Part shown: one piece after another, positions 52,883 to 64,000 of the stretch | Numbering within the stretch: position 1 is the first letter of the stretch | Layout: every line of letters starts with the position of its first letter | Assembly: GCA_958009085.1 (NCBI GenBank) | Contig: OY253668.1 | Coordinates: 310,001-374,000 of the forward strand | Direction: 5' to 3' | DNA from: Protoeuglena noctilucae | Lineage: Eukaryota | Length of the DNA: 64,000 nucleotides | The notes under the pieces: generated by a model | Database searches by the model: none | What the model saw: only the letters and a program-made list of their open reading frames with translations | Told to the model about the DNA's origin: nothing | Program-made: the position numbers and the translations under genes

Positions 52883-54408
52883 ATGGTGCTGTTCCACTTC
52901 AAGGCGAGCAGATCTCACGGCGCGAGGGAGGCAGCCCCGCACCCCTGTTTCCCTGTCGTGGGGGCTGAGCAGCGCGATGTGGCATGGAGGAGCTGCGCGC
53001 GCTGAGGCTGGCGGAGCGCCCAGTGCTCACCTTCGAGTCTGCCGAATCACTCGCCCTGGGGCGCTCGATTGCCACTGTGGACGGCGTGCCTCGGCAATGA
53101 CATCTGCCTCTCAGCTGCGCAGATGGAAAGGGGTCGCCCCCTCGTTGCGACGGCCGGGCGCCATCGAAACAAAAATAGCCGCTTCTAGCAGCCTCTCCCG
53201 CGTTGGCGACGGGCGCCCGCATCGTTCGACTCAGCCGCCCGCTCCCTTGGTCCTTGCAGAACGCGGAGGACAAGCAGTTCCTCTTCGAGGCGAGCGCAGA
53301 GAGCCCCGTGAAGGATGTCGCGAGGGCGCTGTGTGAGATTCACAACCTCCGCATGAGAATTCACCGGCTGAAGGTGCGCGTGAGGGACAATGGGCTAACA
53401 AAGCCGAGGACGGCCACAGGCGGCTGCCGCTGCCGGCCCGACGAGATGCACATGGCGCTCGCTGAGCGTGACCCGGACCGCCTCTGCCCTCGCAGTTGGA
53501 GGGCGAGGAGCTGGCCAAGCACGGTCCGGCGAAGGACCCGAACCTGCAAGGGCTGGACGAGTACCAGAAGGATTTCTACGGCAAGGTGTGAACGACAGCG
53601 AGGGGGGCTGATTACTTTGTGGCGCCTTGTTTCCTATTTATTTGTTCAACCGTCGAGCATCTTACTCGCCCAACATGATTGCAGGAGGTTGAGAAGGGCC
53701 CGCATTACAACCTGGACCCGACTGGGCGGCGGAACGGCGACGCTGCGGACCCGGTGGCGGTGGAGAAGCTGCGAGCCACGCTGGAGGACGCGGCTGCGGT
53801 GGCCAGCAAGGACCAGGTGGCAAAGGTGTGACTGTGCGGGTGTTTCCACGGCCGGTTCTGAGGCTTTCAGTGGCGCGGCACGTGTGCCGCGCGAGACGAG
53901 ACTGTTCGCAACCTCCCCGTGGCTCGCGCAGAAGGTCAAGCTGACCAAGAAGATGCTCGAGGAGGCGATCGACAACGTCCGGGGCGCGGTGATGATCTGC
54001 TACCCGATGGGCCTGCCGGAGTTCGACCCGGTCCGCCACATCCTGGAGGGGGACGAGGACCTCACGGGGACCTCGTACGCGAACGACCCCATCGACCCCA
54101 CCGACGCGGTCATCTGGTACTGCGGCAAGCAGATGGATCCGGAGAAGAAGCTGTCCGACCACGTGGGCCGGAACGACAAGACCAAGGTGGTTGTCAAGGT
54201 CCAGAAGAAGGGATCGAGCGCGCCGGCGAGGGAGCCTGTGGTGGACGAGGCGACGCACAAGGCCATGCTGTCGTGGTACCACAAGCGGTCTGAGGAGCAG
54301 AAGAAGCTGGAGGAGGACCAGGACGACCAGTTCGTGCAGTCCGCCTGGGCCGACAACAAGAGCCTCAAGTCGCACTTCCGTGGAACGGGGGACATCCGCA
54401 TTCGGTGA
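52883..54408 (+). CDS. CFAP298: CFAP298 (C21orf59/FBB18) dynein assembly factor
   Basis: MVLFHFK|NAEDKQFLFE, ELAKHGP, DPTGRRNG, RGAVMICYPMGLPEFDPVR, GRNDKTKVVVK, APAREP, SAWAD..LKSHFRG. Confidence 0.93.
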
Positions 54409-54881
54409 TGGCCCTCGGAGTCCAGCCGTCATTCAGAGGCCGATGGCGGCGGCTAGGGCTAGGGATGGCGTTTCCTGGCGCTTGAAATGTGTGCCCGAGA
54501 AAGCCCGCGCCCCTAGTTGGCCCAGGAGCTCGCGCCCCGTTTACTTTGCTTGTCTTTGTCAAGGGATTGCGCTTGGAGACCTGGAATCAGCGCCGGTGTG
54601 ACGCCCGACGCCATTGTTAGCTCGCCGAAGGATGACGCCCGGGAGCGAGGCGGGGCCAACCATCGCACAAACGGAGAAGGCGAGTGCAACATTGCGTTAA
54701 GTAAACGGCGTCCGATGTGCCGACGGCCGCATCGGGCACAGGCGGAGCGGGCTGTTCCCTGGCCGGCACCCGGGCTGCGCTCTGTGGTCCGAGGCTCGAA
54801 AGCGGCTGTGCAGTGCATTTTCTTGATGATGCTTAAGCTCACTGTGCATCACTGGGTGCCTCGCGTTCCCCCCACACGCGC

Positions 54882-56628
54882 ATGAGTGCAGTTGTCATGC
54901 GCCTGCAGGAGAATGCGGGGAGCGCGGGGGACAAGGGCCTGCGCGCCCGGGACCTGATCCCGCCCGGGACAAAGCGCTTTGGGACGACAGCGGCGAGGAT
55001 ACCGCTGCAGCAGACGACGAATTTGCAGTCTCCGGGGCGCGAGAGGCCAGGCGACGAGGGGGGTGCAAAAGCATCCGAAGACGCCGCCGCAGACAGGTGC
55101 GGGACCGGAAAGGTTGGCACCTCCGTTTTATTTGCGACTTCCTCAATCCATATACCGGGACCACCATGCCGTGGGGCCCCTGGGCCGATGGCGAGAGCTC
55201 CTGCGGCGCGACGCTGCCCGCGACAACACCCACCTTGCGCGCCCGCGGCGCCCCCGCAGGAACCAGCCGGCGTCGTCCAGTGCGGACCGGTCATGGCGCC
55301 TCTCGGACTTTGAGATTGGCCGGCGCCTGGGGAGGGGCAAGTTCGGGAAGGTCTACTTGGCACGAGAGAGGCAATCCAAATACGTGGTGGCCCTCAAGGT
55401 CCTGCACAAGGTGACTAGGACCACGCAGCACGTTCCTGATATCGGCCCGCTGCTGTTGCGATGCCGGCAGCTGCCGCTGAGGGGTCCGAATGGCCCGGGG
55501 GGGTCCACGAACTGGGACCCCCCTTTGGCGCCCCACCATCGCCCCACCGCCAGCCCGTCGCCGCGGCCCGCAGAGCCAGCTGCAGAACTCGAACGTGGAG
55601 CACCAGCTGCGTCGGGAGATCGAGATCCAGTCCCACTTGCGCCACCCCAACATCCTCCGGCTCTATGGGTACTTCCATGACGACACCCGCGTCTTCCTCA
55701 TCCTGGAGTTCGCGGCGCAGGTGGGACGCGGCACCCGCACGCAGTAACGCCGATGACGGAGAGACCACCTCGACTACGCCTGTAGCCAGCGCCATGAGCC
55801 TCGGTGCTGAGTGTCGGTAACAACGTCGGTCGACCGCACCCCCCACCCCGCTCCTGCCCCAGGGAGAGCTGTACGTCAAGCTGCAGCGGGAGCGTTACTT
55901 CGACGAGCAGGTTGCGGCGACGTACATCGCGCAGCTGAGCAAGGCCCTGGCGCACTGCCACGCCCGTCACGTTATCCACCGCGACATCAAGCCCGAGAAC
56001 CTGCTTTTGGGGGCGGGCAACGAGCTGAAGATCGCGGACTTCGGGTGGTCCGTGCACGCCCCCAGCGACCGCCGGCGCACGCTCTGCGGCACCCTGGACT
56101 ACCTGCCCCCAGAAATGGTCGAGGGGCACGAGCACAGCCACCAGGTGCGGCCCCGTACGTGGCATGGCGGGGCCAAGTCGCTAGTCCTCCCCCGCGCAGG
56201 TTCCTGACTCTGGTGGGAGTTGGACTGACACCGTGCCGTGGCCTTTGCAGGTCGACGTGTGGTCGCTGGGGGTCCTGTGCTACGAGTTCCTCTATGGGAG
56301 CCCGCCGTTTGAAGCTGCGGGCCACCAGGAGACGTACCGCCGCATCATCAAGGTCGACTTGCGGTTCCCCGACAAGCCCGCACGGTCCGAGGAGGCCAAG
56401 GTGCGTCACCTTGGCGGCGCGACGTGCCCGGCAGCCACCCACTCATTGAGCAGAGGGGCCGTGCACGCGCGTGGTGCCTGCACCGTCCCCTCCCCGCCCT
56501 GGCCGCAGCACCTGATCTCCAGCCTGCTTAAGAGGGACCCGGAAGAGCGCCTGCCCCTCCAGCAAGTCCTTTCCCACCCCTGGATTGTCCGCCACGTCGA
56601 CCCAGCCACCCCCAGCAGCCGCCCCTGA
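54882..56628 (+). CDS. Aurora kinase
   Basis: [78 protein letters not shown]. Confidence 0.96.
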
Positions 56629-56926
56629 CAAACTCGCAAAGCACCCACGCATGTGTCGCGGCGTGGGGCCCCTTGGGGTGCCTCCGCCCACCATCGATGC
56701 AACGCCGGCGAGGCTCTCGCTTGCCCAGCCGTGTTTGGATAGAATACCAAAAGAAAGCCGCGTCCCTGGCCTGCCATGTGGGCAAACCCCTCTCCTTGAT
56801 GCCATTCAATCGCTAACCGGACTACCGACATCCTCACACCGTCCACACGTGCGACAGTCAGACGGGAAGCATGCATACCAAGAAGTGTATACAGCATTGT
56901 CATGTCACCGCTCCAGCCCGACCCCT

Positions 56927-59900
56927 TCATCCCCCGCCGTTCGCCTCCCTCTCCCCACGCCGTCGCACGCCGTTGGCCGGCCGCGCACCGGCGTCGCCGA
57001 ACCCGTTGCCCGCCACCCCCGCGGCGCCCTCCCCAGCCCCGCCAGCATTCCCAACCGCGTTGCCACCCCCACCCCGCCCGTCACGCGCCCTGCCTGCCGG
57101 CCCCTCGCCCCCGTCAACCCCGGGCTCCGCGCCCCTGTGCCCCACCCTCAGCAAGAGACGCAGCACCGCTTGCAGGACCAGCACGGCCAGGCCCGCCCCC
57201 AACACCAGCACGATCGCCCGCCCCGCTTGGGCCCCCCACGATTCCCCCGCCGGCCACAGCCACGCCAAATCGATCCCCACCCTCGCCATGAGGTCGCCTA
57301 ACAGCCGGTGCACCTGCACGGCGGCTACGGCGGGGCCCCCGGCATGTCCCCTGGGCTGCGACAGGTCAAAGCCCTTGGGAAAGAGGTTGTCGCGCCCCAC
57401 GGGCACCCCGGCCCACTCTCCCTGGCGGAAGGCGCGGTCGTAGCTGATGTCAGGTCCCAGGAGGGCCCAAGGCAGGAGGGCCGCGAGGAGGAGTACGGTG
57501 CCGTGGAGGAAGCGGTGGTAGAGGAGGGCGAGGAGGGCGACGGCGGCCTCGGCAAAGGTGACGCTCGTGGCCCACGCGTGGTTGGCCAGCAGCACCGCCA
57601 TGGTCTGGTTCGGGGGCACACCCAGCCCGCACGCGTACATCCACGCAAGGTTGACCAGGCCCTGGCAGGACTGGTACGACGCGGCTGCCGTGTGGTACAT
57701 GGCAGCGGCGTGGATGTAGCCCACCTCCTGGTCGCTGCGGGGGCGACGCGGGGCTGGTGCCAGGTTCGGGTGTCGGTTGCGGTGGGTGAGGGTGTGACAG
57801 CAGCAGGGAGCAGGGGGGCATGGCAGCGTCACCTTGCGTCGCCAATGTAGTAGTCCAGGGCGTTGAGCACTGAGCCAGAGGGCTTGCCCGGGTCAGGGCC
57901 CAGATCCAAGCCCTCCTGCGCGCAGAAATGCAACGGGTCGCTCAGGTCATGCATAAGCGGCCCTCCGCTTGTGAGCGCTGAGCAAAGAAAGAGTGAGCAG
58001 AGTGGTTCTCGGCAGGCTTTGACGCCACTCGCCTCAGTCATGCGGTAGAAGACGTCTCCAGCCAGGTTATACCCCAGGTCTGCGATCCAGCCCGCCACGT
58101 CGTGCCCCAGCTCCTGCTGCGTCGCTGCCAGGGCGAGCCGAATGGCCTGCATGAACGTGGGTGGCGACGTTGAATCAGAGTGCGAACAAGTTATGCTGAG
58201 GTGTCGGAAACAGATGTTGAAAAGAAATGTGAACAATCCCTGCCCTTCCCAGCCAGCCCGCAGGTCTCCACCCACAGGAACCTCCACCCGCTCACCGCTT
58301 GCTCCTGGTGCTGTCCTCGGTACCCCTTGCCCCTATAGACCATCCACGCCGCGTTGAGGGAGCCAGCCGCCACGCCTACCTCGGACGCTGCGAGGAGAGG
58401 ACCAACGGTGATTAGCTGCCAACTCAGCCACCAACACATCGCACATGCGCTCGTCCCCATGCAGCTCAGCACCACTAGCTTGGCTATCAATACTTAGCAC
58501 ATGCGTTCAAGCCCATGCAGCTCACGCTCACCCTGCGCGTATTTGAACAACGCCTGCCAGTAATCGGGTGCGTGATGCACGATTGCGACGGGCTTGCCCT
58601 TCTCGTCGTAGCGCTTCTCCTGCGGGTGAGGGGCAGCCATTGCTCGCCTGCTGTGGCGAGAGCGTCGCAGGCCACGCGCATGTGCGCCGCTGAACTCCGT
58701 CGTCTCTCCCACTCCCCTTGCCAACCATGCGCCCTGCCCACGCCCCACACACCTTCCACCCGCCTCGCCAACCATGCGCCCTGCCCACGCCCCGCGCACC
58801 TTCCACCCGTCGTGGAGCTCCCGCGCCTCCTCAAGCGCCGGTACGCCCCACGCCCGCAGCACGTAGTTCCTCAGGAACATCTCCGCCTCTCCCTTGTCTG
58901 ACGTGACGTAGTCGATCCCCTCCGTCATCATGGACTCCCGGTTCACTGCGCGAATGCATAGCACATGTCGCGGTGTGCCTGGCTCACCAAACCAGCGGGC
59001 CTCTGAACTCCCCTCACTACCACAACCTTTTCACGAAAGCCCCTCACACCAGCTCCCCGCCCTCACCAGCGTCCAAATCCACGAGGAAGCTCGGGGCGAG
59101 GAGCTTGCCGATCATGAGAGGAGCGTGGAAGTAGTTCCTGGATCGCAGGGCGGGAGGTGTGACGGATGTCGCCACGCCATGCCGGCAAGCGTATCGCACT
59201 TCGGTGCCGTTGCCACCCCCCCGTGCAGCGCACAGGTGTAACTTGGAGCGTGTAATAAGGGACACGGCGCTTGCTATCGCTATCGCCTCGCTGCTGCCGG
59301 TGGCCCGCACCTGTAGTCGGCTTCAAAGTAATAGTTAAGTGCCCGAGTAACGTTCTTGGTCAGCCCGCCCAGCCCCAAGCGGTGGTAGTGGCCCAGCTGG
59401 TACAGAGCGATGGGCTCGTAGTGGGGGTGCGCGGCAGCTGCGGGTGGGGTTGTGGTGTCCGGCCCAGTGGGACGACCGGCAGGTGCTGGCGAGGCACGCA
59501 ATGGTGCGACGGGCGCCGCCACAGCCGACAGCCCCAAGCATGCAACTCCTGCGCTGTCCAGTACCCATCACTGAGGTCAAGCTCACCTGTTTCGAAGTGG
59601 ATCCGCGCCTGCGTCTGGTTGGCCGCCATGCCCCCCGCACCGTGGTGGTAGAGCACACCCAGAACCCTGGGAGGGAACGCGAGGACAAGCCATCATTCTC
59701 GACACGAGTACGTGCGTGAAACAGACGTGCTTTCTGCCCCTCACCGATGCGTGTAGGCACCCCCACCAATCGCACTAGCACTCCCGCGCTCACCGGTCGG
59801 CGCGCATCGGCATTCCCACCCCTACACCTCACCAGTATGAGCTGACAATCCCACCCTCGCCGCTCACCGGTGCGCGTTGGCGTACCCCTGACCCGCCGAC

Positions 59901-61818
59901 CTCTTGAACAGCTCGACAGCCTCCGTCACATTCTGGCGGCGCCCGTGCCCATGGAAGGCCATCACGCCCCGGTTGAACTGAACCGCCGCGTTGTCCGGGT
60001 CCAGCTGAGCCAGCTCATCGTACGCGCCCTCCAGGTCCTCGTCGCGCCCCACTCCCTGCGCCATCCGCCAGACCCGCCGGACCTTGGCCTCCAAGTTTCC
60101 TGCAATGGCGCACAGACAGAAGGACGTCATTGGGGCATGAAATGACAACATGCGACGACTGGTTCCATGAGCCTTGCGGCACGTGCAACCACACTCAGCC
60201 GCGGCCCGCCCACCCCAGTTACACGCCCCTGCTCGCTGCTCTCACCGAGCTCAGCCGCCTCTTCCTCCAGATCCATCGTGTCCTCACTCAGAAGCGGATC
60301 CTCCCACTCGTAGATGTTGTTATATTCCCGCAAACTCAGGAGCGCAGGGTACATTGGGACGCGTGTGTCGTAACCAGACTTGCTCATTGTCTCCCACCGG
60401 AAAGCGTCCTCCGCGACAAAGAGCAGGCGTCGCAAGCCCTGCGTGTGAGCAGGCCAGAGGAAGACGATTGCCAGGGTCAATGTCGCCACCTTCACAATCC
60501 ACGCGGCGCCAAGCAGCCCTGGTGTATGGCCCTGCCTGTGGCGACCATCAGCGCCGGCACTGCCTTCAGCCCGCACCTCCAAAGCGAACTCCGGCACACC
60601 CCGCCCCGTCAGGTATCGGTCCGCGAGCGCAGCCTCCGCGTGCCAGCAGCCCACCCTGGCTGCCAGGTGCTCCAGCTGCACGGCCGCGGCCTCATCATGC
60701 GGCAGGACATCCTCAGCAATCCCTGGGTAAGGCCACAGGACAGGAGGGCTTCTTGAAAAGGAGCAGCATCAGCAACGGCAGTGGCGAGGCGCTGCAGTGA
60801 AGTCACGAAACGGCTGGCACGGGCGGAGGACAGAAGAGGTATGGGACATCTCGTTCCAACCCAAATGCCACGAGGCCCAGCTCACCGGTAGAGAGCAGCA
60901 CGGCGAGGTAGTGCGGGGCGCATGCGTTGGTGAACGCGAAGATGAGGGCCTGGCTGGAGCGGACGTCGAGGGCGTAGGCGCTGGGGCTCGACAGCACGTG
61001 CAGTAAGTTCCTCGCCGTCACCGCGTTGAGGCCCATCGCGTTCAGGACCACTTCCGGGACTGGTTCATCTGCGGAAAGGGCGAGGGCGGACGGGTGGAAC
61101 TGCTTTCCACACGAGCGGGCGGCGCTGCAGCGCTGGAGGCAGCTTGACGCACCTAGGCGCGGATCCGGAGCCATGCCGGCCAAGTTGTGCCGGTCCGTCA
61201 TGAGGCGAAGAGCTTCCTGTGCAGGCGGGTTGGGGAAAAGCGACTGCAGGAGGGCGGCAACGCACAAACGACGTACGCAACGAGCTTCCCAAGCTGCACA
61301 CCTCAAAGTCCAGGCCCACACGCTCGGCTAGAGGCCGGAGGATGGTCATGTAATGGCTTTCGGCCACTTGACCGTGCGTGCGCCCGACCAGGGCCACGTG
61401 CTCCACCCGCAGCCTCGACGGCGGGGCGTCCTTCACAATCGACGCAATGCCGACGCTGATCTGCATTAGATGTCGAATCCCACCCTGCGATGCGCAGACT
61501 GAGACCCGTGTTGCACCCACCGACAGCGCAATTCTGCCCGCTCCGGGGAGGACAGCGGGGCTAGCGCGCCCCGAAGCTCCTCAGAATGCAGCAGCCTGAA
61601 GCGCCCACCTTTACGTCCACGGGCCCGCTCAGCCCAAACAACATGTCCTCCGCTGCATCGAGCTCCGTCGGCGAGTCGTCATCGCTGGCCAGCGACACTC
61701 CCTTCCCATTGGCGCCGATCGAGTCGCCCTCTGCGACGCCTCGCGCCACAGCGAGCAGGACGAGGGCCAGCACGGCCAATGCGAGGACCCGGACTGGACT
61801 GGAGACCATCGCGGGCAT
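56927..61818 (-). CDS. SEL1-repeat secretory/ER membrane protein (HRD3/SEL1L-like)
   Basis: Signal peptide VLALAVLALVLLAVARG; SEL1 repeats (ALADRYLTGRGV, NRGVMAFHGHGRRQNVTEAVELFKRSAGQG, LYQLGHYHRLGLGG, NLAWMYACGLGV); C-terminal TM segments. Confidence 0.75.
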
Positions 61819-62179
61819 GCCTCTACAAAACGAAACCGCCCTCATCCCACCCAGTTCTTGCCGATGCACATGATGCAACCTCCGTCCTTGACAGGGACGG
61901 GGTCTCCACCCTCCCAGCAATGCTCAGGACTGCTGCGCCCGCCGCGCCTTCCTCTCGAGCCGCGCCAGAGCCCTGGCGTGTTATGCCGAGCCAGCAGCAG
62001 GAGTTCGACGCGAGCGACGCGCCGATGCGTCCGCGGCGATTGGAATCCGTACGTACAGTGTTCAAGCAAATGCTATGTCAGGCCGCCCACGGGGAGGACA
62101 GCCTGTGCGCGGCATGACTCGGCGGCCCTGCCACGTTGTGAAAGAAGAGCACCCAGGCGCGCGATTCCTCGCAGCGCTC

Positions 62180-63008
62180 TCACAGCTCGATCTTGCCGTC
62201 CTCCACCAGCGACTCAACCCGGAGAAGGATGAACCCGAAGGCGAGACCCTGCAGGCACGGCACGGCCGCATGCGTGGGCATGCCGGGACGCGCGCAGAGG
62301 GCGCAGGGAGTCGCCCCGCCGAGTCATCCACCAGTCGACCGACTGCCGCGTCCATCGGCAGCGTCCAGGGCGGGCCAGGGCCGTCGCTCACCACAAGAGT
62401 GATGCCAAACATCACAGCCGACGTCCCCGCGATGAACCCCGCCTCGCCGGCGACCTGCGCCACCTCCACCGGCACAGCCTGCGAAAAAACAGCGCGCTGG
62501 GACCGTCGTGAGCGCGCGAGCGCGGCCCGGGGCGACGGGAACGGCCCGCCTGACTCGTGGGGCTTCCTACTACCCCGCACGCGGCAGAAGCAGCAACGCC
62601 CGGCGCACCTGCGCGACGATAGCCTTGCGAGCCACCGGGGCGCGAGCCATCGCCGCCGCGGGCGCCAGGGACCTGCGATCAAGACGGATCGATTTCGGCC
62701 CATCAGTTGCCCGCCCGCGAGACACCGCGACGGCATGCGGCGTCGACGCGCCGCGCGTTCGCCGCTTCCAGCTGGCTCGCGAGCGCGCCAGCCCGCGCGA
62801 CGCGCTGCGGCAGCACGCAATCTGCCCCGTCCCAGCACGCGGGCGCGCGAGCCCCGTTCCCGACCATCCCGCGAAGCGAGACCGGCGACATTCGTGGGGT
62901 GGGACCGGTGCGAAGCGCGGCTGCGGACCTGGGAGCAGGCAGCCTGGGGCCGGCCTTGGCCTGGGTCGCCGCGAGGGCGGGGGCCGTCGACGTCAGCGCG
63001 GATGCCAT
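62180..63008 (-). CDS. petM: Cytochrome b6f subunit PetM, nuclear-encoded with transit peptide
   Basis: Four exons: MASALTSTAPALAA..|SLAPAAAMARAPVARKAIVAQ|AVPVEVAQVAGEAGFIAGTSAVMFGITLV|GLAFGFILLRVESLVEDGKIEL*. Confidence 0.92.
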
Positions 63009-63449
63009 CTCTCCCACCACGAAAGTCAAAGCAGCATGGCCGTCCCGCGCGCGGCCCGGCGACGGAAGTGTCCCGGCGAAAAAATCTTGTCAGACCTGGT
63101 GTTTCGATGGCCACGACGCCGGGACGATGAGAGCAAGCGCGTCTCCTTCGCGACCACATTCTCGACGCCCTGATGCCGCGCAGGCGTCTTCATTTCACCC
63201 GCTAGGCTTCGCTGACGGACGCCCTGCTCGCAGCGCAGGCGCGACGCTGAGTTTCTCCTCAGAACATTTGCCTGTCCGCTGAGATTAGGCTTTCGAGTTG
63301 CTCTTGCTCCCGTGCAGGTCTCCCTCTGTCGAGCCGGTCGGCGCAGGCGCTCGTCGCCGCAACTGTCGCTCGTGGGGGTTCCTCCCGCGCCTGGGCCTGA
63401 TAGTTGGCTAGGTTGCGAAGACATCGCCAGCACCGATGCAGCCCGAGGA

Positions 63450-64000
63450 TGACGGTGAATCGTCGCCCTACCGATTCTGCCTCAGCCGAGACGTGCACGC
63501 TTCCGTCCAGGTCACCGTCCGAAGGTGAGCGCGCTGGTCGCTGCGAGGGGCGTCTTGATAGCACCGATGGATGCATTTGGTCTTGACAGCTAGTCGCCGG
63601 GCCGAATGCCCCGCCCGGGGTCCCCCGCAGCCTCCTGCGCATCGTGCCGACACTGTATGGGAACCTCAGCGCCGCGGACTTCGCGGCTGAAGGCCGCACG
63701 CCGAGTCCGGAAGTTCTATCGATCTCTGCGGACCTCTCGCTGTGCTCCGGGGGCGAGACGGTGGGCCCGCTGGTGACCTTGGGCCCTGCAAACTACAGCG
63801 GGGCACGGCCAGGAGGCGCGGGCCCCAAGCTCTCCCCCCCCGCGGCCAGGGCCCACGCCCAGGCGTCGCAGCAGGATGCGTTGGCGCAAAGCGTTGTTGA
63901 GGCATGCTCGTGGAGGGACCACACGCTGCAGGCGAGGCCGGAGATGCGTCACGATGTCACTGCCCTGGGCCGGTGCGACGTCGGTCACCCCTGATGCACC
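63450..64000 (+). CDS. Possible 5' part of an unidentified gene
   Basis: ATG at about 63450, donor gaag|gtgagc and acceptor ccccgcag flank an open frame. No recognisable motif. Confidence 0.3.

Noticed and set aside
1..64000. Hundreds of long overlapping Arg/Pro/Gly/Ala-rich ORFs in the track
   Set aside because: These are expected shadow frames in high-GC DNA. The real genes are defined by motifs and splice sites.
1..64000. Introner-type mobile introns
   Set aside because: I saw no shared internal sequence among introns. An all-vs-all intron alignment would be needed to exclude this fully.

Overview
Eukaryotic, GC-rich, gene-dense window with short spliceosomal introns. The content points to a photosynthetic, flagellated green alga: nuclear petM, plastid-type LeuC and acyl-ACP thioesterase, and the cilia genes CFAP210, CFAP298 and a CCDC81-like gene. 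Stitching ORF fragments across splice sites gave about 27 protein-coding genes, including MLF, TCF25/Rqc1, PAC1, Cdt2/DTL, a LysM-thioredoxin-membrane fusion, MTM1/SLC25A39, an EXS protein, LeuC, an SR protein, a MATH/TRAF protein, an Smr protein, HPt, CLPTM1, DNA ligase IV, Der/EngA, Aurora kinase and a SEL1-repeat protein. There is one 200-N assembly gap. I saw no RNA genes, CRISPR arrays or transposons. Most notable: (1) a LysM + APR-type WCPWC thioredoxin + transmembrane fusion gene; (2) at least ten GC-AG introns; (3) TTGAA recurring downstream of many stop codons, a candidate non-UGUAA poly(A) signal; (4) a divergent ligase IV; (5) an SR gene with a long intron inside RNP1 and a YDRG repeat. 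All family assignments are from motif recognition by eye with no database search, so gene ends and splice sites are predictions.
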